A DNA stretch of 64,000 bases from assembly GCA_963748455.1 (NCBI GenBank), contig CAVVJD010000022.1, positions 384,143 through 448,142 on the forward strand, read 5' to 3'. The stretch is from an uncultured Alphaproteobacteria bacterium (GTDB lineage Bacteria > Pseudomonadota > Alphaproteobacteria > CACIAM-22H2). The first letter of the stretch is position 1, and every line of letters begins with the position of its first letter. The notes beneath the pieces are model-generated. The model was not told where the DNA came from and searched no databases. It saw only the letters and a program-made list of their open reading frames with translations. This document shows positions 29,204 through 38,240 of the stretch, piece by piece. The position numbers were made by a program, and so were the translations under genes.

Positions 29204-29280
29204 TGGCGTCCCCGAGAGGACTCGAACCTCCGACCCACAGTTTAGGAAACTGTTGCTCTATCCAGCTGAGCTACGGGGAC
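29204..29280 (-). tRNA. tRNA-Arg (anticodon CCT), CCA encoded
   Basis: Manual fold of the reverse complement: acceptor GTCCCCG/CGGGGAC; D arm GCTC-AGCTGGATA-GAGC; anticodon stem ACAGT/ACTGT with loop TTCCTAA; T arm GGAGG-TTCGAGT-CCTCT; discriminator G; CCA. Confidence 0.9.
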
Positions 29281-29352
29281 CCCGGCATTTCAACGGCTTA
29301 AGATAAATCGCCGCGCTGCAGGGCGCAATTCTTTCGCTTGTTCCCGCCGCCC

Positions 29353-29796
29353 TTACACTTTGGGACGGATCAGGGCGAGGCCGCTCGTGGGGTCCTTGAC
29401 CTTGTGCAAATGGGCCGGCGATTCGGTGACGATTACCTCGAGAGTCGGGCGCACATGGCCCTTGGCGAGATGGCCGGCCAAGGCGCTGCCGTCGCGGCGG
29501 CCGAGGACGAGATGGATATGCACCGCCGGCTTGCCGTCGGGCCCCAGCGCCACGTCGCCGAGCAGAGAGGCAACCTCGACCTGCTCATCGACCGGGATGT
29601 GGCGGTACTCCTTGCGCTCCCATTCGAAATAGGCGAGCACGGCGCGGCTGAAGGCGCCGATGGCGGTGATCTGGGCGGCGGCGATACGCTCCTGCGCCGC
29701 AAAGGCTTGCAGGCAGGCCATGGCCTCGTCGCCGGTTTCAAGGATCACCGCAAAGGTTCGCTGCCCGTCGCTGTCATGCAGCACGCGCGATTGCAT
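29353..29796 (-). CDS. PPC (DUF296) domain protein
   Basis: 147 aa. FAVILETGDEAMACLQAFA...IGAFS...VHIHLVLG pattern typical of PPC/DUF296. Confidence 0.7.
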   Translation of the reverse strand: MQSRVLHDSDGQRTFAVILETGDEAMACLQAFAAQERIAAAQITAIGAFSRAVLAYFEWERKEYRHIPVDEQVEVASLLGDVALGPDGKPAVHIHLVLGRRDGSALAGHLAKGHVRPTLEVIVTESPAHLHKVKDPTSGLALIRPKV

Positions 29797-29911
29797 GGCG
29801 CACCTCCCTCGTCAACATGAACTCTGCGTTAGGCGGGCCGGTTCCCGGAACAAGCGGGCGCGGCACCACGTTGCACGAAAGGCGGCGTCAAATCAGCACG
29901 AGGAGCGAGCC

Positions 29912-31718
29912 TTGCGAATCGAAGACTATGCGCTGATCGGCGATTGCCGCACCGCCGCATTGGTCGCGAAAAACGGTTCCATCGACTGGCTGTGCGCGCC
30001 GCGATTCGATTCGGACGCCTGCTTCGCCGCCTTGCTGGGCGAGGCCAAGAACGGGCGCTGGCAAATCGTCCCGGTCGATCAGTCGAATATGCGTGTCACG
30101 CGGCGCTACCGGCCCGACACGATGATCCTGGAGACGCGATTCGAGACCCCAACCGGCGCCGCCACGGTGATCGACTTCATGCCGGGCGTCGGCGAACGGC
30201 CGCAGCTTGCGCGCATCGTCGTGGGCGAACGCGGCCGCATCGAATTCTGCACGGAGCTGGTGATCCGTTTCGATTACGGCCGGGTGGTGCCGTGGGTGAG
30301 CCGCAGCCCCGACGGCGATTTGATCGCGGTTGCCGGCCCGCACCTGCTGGTGCTGCGCACGCCGACCGCGCATCGCGGCGAGGATTTCAAGACGGTGTCC
30401 ACGTTCACGGTCGGCGAAGGCGATCGCGTGCCGTTCATGTTGAGCTACGGCCCCTCGCACCTGCCGGTCCCGCCGCCGACCCAGCCCGAAGCGGCGTTGC
30501 AGGAAACCGAGGCGTATTGGACGCAATGGGCGACGCGCTGCAATTATCATGGCGTCCATCGCGAGGCGGTGGTGCGCTCGCTCTTGACGCTGAAGACCCT
30601 CACCTATGTGCCCACCGGCGGTATCGTTGCCGCGCCGACAACCTCGTTGCCCGAGAAGATCGGCGGGCCGCGCAATTGGGATTATCGCTTCTGCTGGCTG
30701 CGCGATGCGACCTTCACGCTGCTCGCCTTGCTGCAGGCGGGATATTCCGATGAAGCGGAATCGCTGGCGGCGCTGGCTGGTGCGCGCGGTCGCCGGGCAT
30801 CCCTCGCAGCTTCAGCCGCTCTACGGTCTCGCCGGCGAGCATCGTCTGGACGAGTGGGAGGTGCCGTGGCTCGCCGGTTTTGGCCAGTCGCGGCCGGTGC
30901 GCGTCGGCAATGCGGCGGCGGCGCAAGGGCAACACGACGTGTTCGGCGAAGTGCTGGATGCGCTGCATCACGCGCGGCGCACGGGACTGACGCCCTGGCG
31001 CGACAGCTGGGTGTCGCAGCGCGTGCTGGTCGAGCATTTGGAAACAATTTACGAGAAGCCCGACCGCGGCATCTGGGAGGTGCGCGGCGAGCAGCAACAT
31101 TTCACGCATTCGAAGGTGATGGCGTGGGTCGCCTTCGATCGCGCGGTCGCGGCCGTCGAGGAGTTCGGAATCATGGCGGCGCCGGTCGAGCGCTGGCGGG
31201 CCTTGCGGGCGCGGCTGCACGAGGAGATCTGCACGCGCGCGTTCGACCCGGCGCTGGGTTCGTTCGTGCAGGCCTACGGCTCAAAGCAGCTCGACGCGGC
31301 GACGCTGCTGATCCCGATCGTCGGATTCCTGCCGCCCGACGACCCGCGCGTGGTCGGCACCGTCGAGGCCATCCGCAAGCGGCTGTGCGTCGACGGATTT
31401 GTGCGGCGCTACGACACCGACGCCACGGACGACGGACTGCCGCCGGGCGAGGGCGTGTTCCTCGCCTGCAGCTTCTGGCTGATCGACAATCTGGTGCTGC
31501 AGCGACGGCGCGCCGAGGCGAATGCGCTGTTCACGCAGCTGCTGGCGATCCGCAACGATGTCGGCTTGCTGGCGGAAGAATACGACCCGCGTGCGCGCGC
31601 CCAGCTCGGCAATTTTCCGCAGGCGCTGTCGCACCTGGCGCTGGTCGACACGGCCTACAATCTGCGCGAACCGGAAGGGCCGGCGAAGGAACGCGCCAAG
31701 CACGCGCCATCCGTGTGA
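29912..31718 (+). pseudogene. glycoside hydrolase family 15 (glucoamylase/trehalase-like), frameshifted mid-gene
   Basis: N-terminal half (LRIEDYALIGDCRTAALV...NWDYRFCWLRDATFTL) is in ORF 29660..31777. C-terminal half (RWLVRAVAGHPSQLQPLYG...FPQALSHLALV) is in ORF 30606..31718. TTG start at 29912 is preceded by AGGAG. Confidence 0.8.
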
Positions 31719-31726
31719 AGAGCGGA

Positions 31727-32266
31727 TCAGTTCCCGAACAGCTTGCCCATCGGAATCGCGTAGGTCAGCATCAGTGATTCCTGGCCCGGATTCTTGTCAC
31801 CAAGGCCGGCGTTGGAGACATGGTAGATCTCCAACCCCAGGCGCGAGCGGTCGTCGAAGCGGTAGGCGATTTCGAGCGCCGTGCGGAATTCCAGGTGGTG
31901 GCCGAGATCCTTGCCGCCGCCATCATTGTAGAAGCCCGGCGCGAAGCTTGGCCGCAGCACCCAGCGATTGCCGAAGAAGATGTCGAGGCTGATGCCGGCA
32001 TAGGCATAGATCGAGCCTTCGCTGGTGGCGCTGAACCCCACCATCGGGTTGAAGACCCACAGCTTGAGGTCGGAGCGGTACTGGATCTCGCCCTGCGCCG
32101 ACCGGTTCTCGCTGTCATGAAAATCGAAAGCGCCCGCACCCAGCGACAGGAACGCCGGCTCGTTGGTGCTCTGGGCAAAGGCTGGCATGGCAAACAGGCC
32201 TAGACAGACAGCAAGTCCCACCCCAAGCCGGCTAAACCAGCCGGCTACCCCCTGACAACGCCGCAT
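31727..32266 (-). CDS. acyloxyacyl hydrolase (PagL-like lipid A deacylase family)
   Basis: Signal peptide, then a small beta-barrel pattern with the conserved ...YHVSNAG... motif near the C terminus. Confidence 0.7.
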   Translation of the reverse strand: MRRCQGVAGWFSRLGVGLAVCLGLFAMPAFAQSTNEPAFLSLGAGAFDFHDSENRSAQGEIQYRSDLKLWVFNPMVGFSATSEGSIYAYAGISLDIFFGNRWVLRPSFAPGFYNDGGGKDLGHHLEFRTALEIAYRFDDRSRLGLEIYHVSNAGLGDKNPGQESLMLTYAIPMGKLFGN

Positions 32267-32412
32267 AACCCGCCCCCTTCGTTCCGCCGCTGTACTATGC
32301 GGCGTCGGCTAGGCTGTTGATCCCCTGCCCTTGGGTCTTAGCAAACCCGGCGCGCGTCGGGCAAGCGATCATGCCTGAATTCAAGATCGCTGTGGCCCGC
32401 GCGCCACGCCGG

Positions 32413-33378
32413 TTACAGGCGCTTGTATTTCTCCATCGCGGCGACGAGGGCGGCGCGGATGCCGGGCTCCATGGCGGAATGACCGCCGTCGGGAATGACC
32501 ATGTAATCCGCCTCCGGCCAGGCGCGCGCCAGATCATCGGCGGTGACGATCGGGCAGACCATGTCGTAGCGGCCCTGGACGATGGTCGCGGGAATGCGCC
32601 GCAGCTTGGCGGTATTGGCCAGTAGTGCGTTTTCAGGCAGGAAGATGTCGTGGCGGAAGAAATGGGCCTCGATGCGCGCCAACCCCACCGCCATCCGGTC
32701 CTCGCCAAAGGCGGCGACGGTCTCGGGGCTCGGCAGCAGGGTCGAGCAGGCCCCTTCATAGGTGCTCCAAGCCCGCGCCGCCGGCAGGTGAACAGCGGGG
32801 TTGGGATCGGTCAGGCGGCGGTAATAGGCATCGAGAAGGTCGCTGCGCTCGCGCTCCGGGATGAAACCGGCGAAGGCCCGCCAAGCCTCCGGGAAAATGT
32901 TGCGGATGCCGTAGAGGAACCAGTCGATCTCACTCTTGCGGCAGAGAAATATGCCGCGTAGGACGAGGGCGCGGCAGCGCTCGGGATGCGTTTCGGCATA
33001 GGCCAGCGCCAGGGTCGAGCCCCAGGAACCGCCGAACACCAGCCAGGACTCGACGCCGCGGTGGCGGCGCAGCTTTTCCATATCCTCGACCAGATGCGGC
33101 GTCGTGTTGTCGGTCAGCTCGCCATGCGGCGTTGAACGACCGGCGCCGCGCTGATCGAAAATCATGACGCGAAAGTAGGCAGGGTCGAAAAACCGGCGAT
33201 GGGCGGCGGTGGCCCCGGCACCAGGGCCGCCATGCAGGAACAACACGGGAACCCCGCGGGGGTTGCCGCACTCCTCCCAATACATGTGATGACGTTGATC
33301 GAGGCGCAGCAGGCCGGAGGCGTAGGGCTCGATCGGGGGGTAGAGGTCGGCGCGGCGGGCCGTGTCGGGGGCAGGCAT
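32413..33378 (-). CDS. pip: prolyl aminopeptidase (proline iminopeptidase)
   Basis: LYPPIEPY...GNPRGVPVLFLHGGPGAG...GGSWGSTLALAY are hallmarks. Trimmed to ATG 33378; the 125 aa upstream in the ORF-track entry are Arg/Ala/Ser-rich, not family-like sequence. Confidence 0.9.
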   Translation of the reverse strand: MPAPDTARRADLYPPIEPYASGLLRLDQRHHMYWEECGNPRGVPVLFLHGGPGAGATAAHRRFFDPAYFRVMIFDQRGAGRSTPHGELTDNTTPHLVEDMEKLRRHRGVESWLVFGGSWGSTLALAYAETHPERCRALVLRGIFLCRKSEIDWFLYGIRNIFPEAWRAFAGFIPERERSDLLDAYYRRLTDPNPAVHLPAARAWSTYEGACSTLLPSPETVAAFGEDRMAVGLARIEAHFFRHDIFLPENALLANTAKLRRIPATIVQGRYDMVCPIVTADDLARAWPEADYMVIPDGGHSAMEPGIRAALVAAMEKYKRL

Positions 33379-33466
33379 GGGGGAAGCATCGCCGCACGCC
33401 CCGCTCGCCGTCAAGCCGCGCGGCATGTGTTTCGGGCGGGCGACAGGCACGCTATAGCTGTGCGCC

Positions 33467-34249
33467 ATGCGCCGATGGCTTGCCGGTTTGATCGTCTCTC
33501 TTGCCGCCGTTCCGGCGGTCGCCGACGGGCTGCCGCGTGGGCTTGTTGTCAGCGCGCAGGCCAAGGCCGTCAGCGCTATCGACAGCGACACCCTTGCCCT
33601 CGAAGACGGGCGCCAGCTCCGGCTGGTCGCGATCTTCGCCGTGAAGGCGCCTTCGGGGGCGCAAGATGCTTCGCGCGCGGCCCTCGCCGCGTCGGCACGC
33701 GCCCTGCTCGACCGGCTCGGCAGCGGGCGCGCGCTCGACCTCGCCTTCGACAATGCGCGCGGCGATCGCTATGGCCGCACGCTGGCGCATGCCGTCAACG
33801 ACCAGGGCGCGTGGCTGCAAGGCGAGATGCTGCGCGCCGGGTTGGCGCAGGTCGCGACCACGCAAGACGCGCGCGCGGGTGCTACGGCCATGCTGGCGCT
33901 CGAGGCCGAGGCGCGGCAGGCCCGCCGCGGCATGTGGGCGCACGGTGCCTGGCGCGTGCGCGACAGCGCCACCTTGACGGCGCACGATGTCGACAGCTTC
34001 CAGATCGTTGAGGGCGCGGTGCGCAATATGGAAACGGTCAAGGGCCGCACCTATCTCAATTTCGGCGAGGATTGGCGCAGCGATTTCACGGTGGCGATCG
34101 CGCCGGCGGTCGCCAAGCTATGCCGTAGCGCCGGGCTTGACCCGGCGTCGCTGGCTGGCAAGAGTTTGCGCGTGCGCGGCTGGATCCGATTGCAGAACGG
34201 TCCGTTGATCGAGCTCACGCATCCCGAACAGATCGAGGTATTGCCATGA
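33467..34249 (+). CDS. thermonuclease (SNase-like) family protein, secreted
   Basis: Signal peptide, then an SNase-like core (DSDTLALEDGRQLRLVAI...DRYGRTLAHAV...LQGEMLRAGLAQV). Confidence 0.7.
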   Translation: MRRWLAGLIVSLAAVPAVADGLPRGLVVSAQAKAVSAIDSDTLALEDGRQLRLVAIFAVKAPSGAQDASRAALAASARALLDRLGSGRALDLAFDNARGDRYGRTLAHAVNDQGAWLQGEMLRAGLAQVATTQDARAGATAMLALEAEARQARRGMWAHGAWRVRDSATLTAHDVDSFQIVEGAVRNMETVKGRTYLNFGEDWRSDFTVAIAPAVAKLCRSAGLDPASLAGKSLRVRGWIRLQNGPLIELTHPEQIEVLP

Positions 34250-35722
34250 ACGGTGCCGGGGGTTGGCGGAGATTGTGGGGAGCGGCCGTGCTGCTGGCGG
34301 CCCTGGCGCCGCTGCGCGGCGTGCGAGACCAACCCCGCCACGGGCGCCTCAAGCTTCACTGCGTTCATGTCGCCGCAGGAGGAGATCAAGGTCGGGCGCG
34401 ACGAGCATCCGAAAATCCTCAAGGAGTTCGGCGGCGAATACCAGGACCCGAAGGTCAAGGCCTATGTCAACGAGGTCGGGCAGCGCCTCGCGCGCAATTC
34501 CGAGCTGGCGCAGCTGCAATTCACCTTCACCGTCGTCAACAGCGACATCGTCAACGCCTTTGCGCTGCCGGGCGGCTATGTCTACGTGACGCGCGGATTG
34601 CTGGCGCTGGCGTCGAGCGAGGCGGAGCTGGCGGGCGTGCTGGGCCACGAGATCGGCCACGTCACCGCGCGCCATACAGCGCAGCGCTATAGCGCCGCCG
34701 TGGCCGGGGGTCTCGCCGCGGGCGTTCTGGGTATCCTGATCGGTGGCGATATTGGCCAGAACTACGCTGTCGGCGCGCTGCTGGCCGGGCATTCACGCGA
34801 CCAGGAGCTGGAGGCGGATACGCTGGGCGTGCGCTACCTGTCGCGCACGAGCTACGACCCCAACGCGATGTCGAGTTTCCTCGCAAAGCTGCAGGCCGAC
34901 AGCGCGCTGTCGGCCGAGCTGGCCGGCCAGCCGGGCAAGGCCGATTCCTTCGACATCATGCAGAGCCATCCGCGCACAGCCGACCGCGTGCAGGAGGCGA
35001 TCCAGGCGGCGCGCGCGCAAAATATCGCCGTCAGCAACCCGCGCATCGGACGCGATGAATTTCTGACCGCGATCGACGGACTCTATTGGGGCGGCGACCC
35101 GGAGAGCGGATTTATCCGCGACCGCGAATTCGTTCACCCCGCGCTGCGCTTCCGCTTCGAGGTGCCGGGCGGCTTCCGGCTGTTCAATAGCAGCACGCAG
35201 GTGCTGGCGCGCGGCCCCAACAGCACGTACATCGCGCTGAGCGCCGATCCGCGCAATTCCGGCACGATGCCGATGCGCGACTATCTGCAAAACGTCTGGG
35301 CACGCGGCGTGCAGGTCAACGCGTTGGAGCAGATCGACATCAACGGACTGGAAGCCGCGACGGCCGTGGTGCGCACCAACAGCAAATCCGGCGTGGTGGA
35401 ACGGCGCATCATCGCCATCCGCAGCGGGCCGCAGCGCGTGTTCCGGCTGCAATTCCTGGGGCCGCCCGCCGAGATGGCGAACCGCGCCGAGGAGTTTCGC
35501 AAGGCGACCTATTCGTTCCGGCGCCTGAGCGATCAGGAGGCGGTCACGCTCAAGCCGCTGCGCATCCGTGTCGTCAGCGTGGGCGCCAACGACACGCAGG
35601 AGAGCCTGGCGCGGCGCATGGCGATCCAGGACGCAGCCCTGCGCCGCTTCCAGGTGATAAACGGGTTGCAGCCCAACCAGCGGCTGGTGCCGGGCACGCG
35701 GATCAAGATTGTCGGGGAGTGA
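34246..35722 (+). pseudogene. M48 family metalloprotease lipoprotein with C-terminal LysM-like domain; frameshift inside the signal peptide
   Basis: HEIGHVTARH zinc motif. ATG 34246 (ATGA-coupled to the upstream stop) gives MNGAGGWRRLWGAAVLLAALAPL. The lipobox Cys and mature protein (AACETNPATG...) are in the frame of ORF 34253..35722. Confidence 0.8.
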
Positions 35723-35737
35723 CGCAACTTCGACTCA

Positions 35738-35885
35738 CCTCTCCCCTCTGGGGAGAGGTCGGCGCGCAGCGCCGGGTGAGGGGGTGGCGCTGGCCTCTCC
35801 ATTTCTGCCGCGAGCCGCGCGCACGGAATGGACTTGGTGAGAGTGGTGCCACCCCTCACCCTAACCCTCTCCCCAGAGGGAGAGG
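35738..35885. repeat. palindromic hairpin-rich intergenic element (variant family member)
   Basis: Terminal hairpins cctctcccctctggggagagg (35738..35758) and cctctccccagagggagagg (35866..35885). Inner inverted pair gggtgagggggtggc (35774..35788) / gccacccctcaccc (35848..35861). Confidence 0.8.
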
Positions 35886-35910
35886 GGACAGGCCGCGCCG
35901 ATCTCGGCCG

Positions 35911-36711
35911 TCACGCGTCGACGCTGTCGAGAATCTCGCCGTCGGGCGACAGGCAAACGGCGCTCAAGGCGCCGCCGAAGCCGCAGCCGGAATCGATCGT
36001 GAGGGTGAAATTGTTGCGCACGAGGCCGCCATGGGCGCGGTCATGGCCGCGCACCACCAGCTTGAACCCCTCGTAGGGCGTTTCGAGCTTGGCGAAACCG
36101 GCCGAGCCCCACCACAGCGAATCGCTCTGCGCGGAGAGCGGCCGGCTCGGGTCGAGGCCGGCATGGACGAAGAGCAGGCGCCCATCATCGGTGAAGGCGG
36201 CGCGACGCAGCGCGCTGACCAAAGTCTGATGGCCGGGCCGCGTGGCCATGCCGCTGCGCAAGGCACTGGTCCAGCGCGTGATGGATATGGCGCCGTCGCG
36301 CGCCGCGACGATGCCCTTGCGTGGGTCGCCGCCATAGGCAGCGATGGTCGCGTCCACGCCCTGGGCCAGCATCCATTCGAGGACCTGGCGCGGATCGATG
36401 GCGAATTGCAGCTGCAGCAGTTTCTGCCACATCTCCTCCTGGCTGCCGCGCAGATAGACGACGTCGGAGGCGAACATGCGCGGCTGGGCGATCAGCTCGC
36501 GCCGGAAGCGCAGAAGTTCATCGATTGTCGCAATAATGTCGCGGCTGCGGCCGAGATAGTTGCCGAGATAGACCAGCCGATCGCGCTCCTCGAAGCGCTC
36601 GGCCAGCGCATCGTGCAGCGCCGTCAGCCGCCCCGCCTCGCCATGGATCGCCGCCACCGCCCAGATACGGGCGGCGTGGCGAATCTTGGCGAATTTGTCG
36701 GCGTCTGCCAT
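35911..36711 (-). CDS. PPP-family (lambda-phosphatase/ApaH-like) metallophosphoesterase homologue with degenerate catalytic motifs
   Basis: By eye the whole length aligns to lambda PP, but GDxHG is AAIHG, GDxVDRG is GNYLGRS and GNHE is GSQE. The later VHAG and RGH motifs are retained. ATG at 36711. Confidence 0.75.
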   Translation of the reverse strand: MADADKFAKIRHAARIWAVAAIHGEAGRLTALHDALAERFEERDRLVYLGNYLGRSRDIIATIDELLRFRRELIAQPRMFASDVVYLRGSQEEMWQKLLQLQFAIDPRQVLEWMLAQGVDATIAAYGGDPRKGIVAARDGAISITRWTSALRSGMATRPGHQTLVSALRRAAFTDDGRLLFVHAGLDPSRPLSAQSDSLWWGSAGFAKLETPYEGFKLVVRGHDRAHGGLVRNNFTLTIDSGCGFGGALSAVCLSPDGEILDSVDA

Positions 36712-36823
36712 GCGCGAAGGGCGGACCGGGAAAGCCCGCGATTCTGGCGGGCTGGATTCAAGAACACGGCCGCGGCCGGAAGCCGCCGCCCGCGGTTTCC
36801 GGCGCGCCCGCAGGATCGGGCGG

Positions 36824-37600
36824 CTAGGCCGCCTTGAGCATCGCTTCGAGACGCTGCACGGCGGTTTCCTCGGAAATCCGCTCGACAGCGGCGAACTCGC
36901 GCACCAGCCGCTCCAGCGCGGACTGGTACATCTGACGTTCGCTGAACGACTGGTCCGGCTGGCCGGCATTGCGATGCAGGTCGCGCACGACCTCCGCAAT
37001 CGAGCGCGGGTCGCCGGAATTGATCTTCGCCTCGTATTCCTGGGCGCGACGGCTCCACATCGTGCGCTTGACGCGCGAGCGGCCCTTGAGCGTGGTCAGC
37101 GCTGTCTGCATTTCCTTGCGGCTCGACAGCCGGCGCAGACCCGAGGTCTTGGCCTTGGTCACCGGCACGCGCAGCGTCATCCGGTCCTTCTCGAACTGGA
37201 TCACGAACAGCTTCAGCTTCTGGCCGACGATTTCCTGGATCTCGATGCTGGTGATCTTGCCGACCCCGTGGGTCGGATAGACGACGTGATCGCCGGTCGC
37301 GTAATCGACCTTGTCGGATTTCTCCGGCCTCTCGACTTTCTCAATCTTCTCGACTTTCTCGAATTTCTGGACGTTATCAATCTTCTCGGCCTTCTCAAAC
37401 TTTTCGACTTTTTCCACCTTCACCACTTTCTCCACGTGCGCCGCTTCATGCGCAACCTTGCGCAAGACCGACGGCGCTTTCGTCGGCTTCACCAGAGTTT
37501 TTACCGGAGCCTTCGCCGGGGCCTTCGCTTTTGTCTTCGCCTTGGTCTTCGCAACGGTTTTCACAACGCGCCACCCAAAACAATGCGACAGTGAATCCAT
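36824..37600 (-). CDS. carD: CarD/CdnL family transcription regulator with Lys/Glu/Val-rich N-terminal extension
   Basis: CarD core (GDHVVYPTHGVGKITSIEIQEIVGQKLKLFVIQFEKDRMTLRVP...). About 85-aa repetitive N-terminal tail. Confidence 0.85.
   Translation of the reverse strand: MDSLSHCFGWRVVKTVAKTKAKTKAKAPAKAPVKTLVKPTKAPSVLRKVAHEAAHVEKVVKVEKVEKFEKAEKIDNVQKFEKVEKIEKVERPEKSDKVDYATGDHVVYPTHGVGKITSIEIQEIVGQKLKLFVIQFEKDRMTLRVPVTKAKTSGLRRLSSRKEMQTALTTLKGRSRVKRTMWSRRAQEYEAKINSGDPRSIAEVVRDLHRNAGQPDQSFSERQMYQSALERLVREFAAVERISEETAVQRLEAMLKAA
37334..37432. repeat. in-frame 9-bp tandem repeat (about 11 units) inside carD
   Basis: The plus strand reads gactttctc aatcttctc gactttctc gaatttctg gacgttatc aatcttctc ggccttctc aaacttttc gactttttc caccttcac cactttctc. 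It encodes (E/K)K(V/I/F) triplets. Confidence 0.8.
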
Positions 37601-37723
37601 CCACCGGGGCGCGACATTCTCGCGTCCCTGGACGGGGCTATTTCACGCGGTCGGCTGTACGGGGCGAACGTGCGGGAACCCGCCGGGTGGCAAATTCCTA
37701 GGGTCCAACCCCGATACCATCAA

Positions 37724-37752
37724 AATATAACACAAAATTTCCGAATTTTGAA
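37724..37752 (-). promoter_or_regulatory. putative sigma-70-type promoter for carD
   Basis: On the minus strand: TTCAAA (37752..37747), 17 nt, TATATT (37729..37724). It sits in the only AT-rich patch of the fdxA-carD gap. Confidence 0.35.
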
Positions 37753-37783
37753 CAGCAAGGGGGCGAGAACCTGCCCCCCGCTG
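37753..37783 (-). terminator. putative intrinsic terminator after fdxA
   Basis: The minus-strand RNA CAGCGGGGGGCAGGUUCUCGCCCCCUUGCUG forms a stem of about 10 bp (two G-U pairs), followed by UUCAAAAUU. Confidence 0.45.
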
Positions 37784-37805
37784 CACGCATACAAGGAAAT
37801 TTGTC

Positions 37806-38141
37806 TTATTTCTCGCCCGGCTTAGGACTGAAAAGCTTCTCAAACTTGTCCGGGACGCCCTTGAACGCGTCGGCGTCGGCCGGCGCGTCCTTCTTACGGG
37901 TGATGTTGGGCCACTGCTCGGCGTATTGCCGGTTGACCTCGGTCCATTTCTCCGCGCCTGGGTCGGTATCCGGAATGATGGCCTCGGCCGGGCATTCGGG
38001 CTCGCAGACGCCGCAATCGATGCATTCGTCCGGCTTGATGACCAGCATGTTCTCGCCCTCGTAGAAACAATCCACGGGGCAGACTTCCACGCAATCCATG
38101 TACTTGCAGCGAATGCAGGCTTCGGTGACGACGTAGGTCAT
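37806..38141 (-). CDS. fdxA: 7Fe ferredoxin (3Fe-4S + 4Fe-4S), FdxA type
   Basis: [29 protein letters not shown]...[12 protein letters not shown] cysteine pattern. ATG at 38141. Confidence 0.9.
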   Translation of the reverse strand: MTYVVTEACIRCKYMDCVEVCPVDCFYEGENMLVIKPDECIDCGVCEPECPAEAIIPDTDPGAEKWTEVNRQYAEQWPNITRKKDAPADADAFKGVPDKFEKLFSPKPGEK

Positions 38142-38240
38142 CCGGCGTAACTCCGGGACAAGGCACGAACGAGAGCGGCGGGTGGGGTAACACGCAGCCG
38201 GGCACGGTGCAACCACAAGAAAATTGGGGATAAACCGGCG

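Noticed and set aside
24150-29280. Possible genomic islet integrated at tRNA-Arg (gltS, TAXI, RR, HK adjacent to the tRNA 3' end)
   Set aside because: There is no integrase or other mobility gene. I could find no direct repeat of the tRNA 3' end in the window, and I saw no obvious compositional break by eye.
28324-29301. 325-aa plus-strand ORF in an alternative frame of the kinase gene, running through the tRNA
   Set aside because: It is an Arg/Ala/Pro-rich sequence in an alternative frame. The kinase motifs are in the 28331 frame, and the ORF reads across a tRNA gene.
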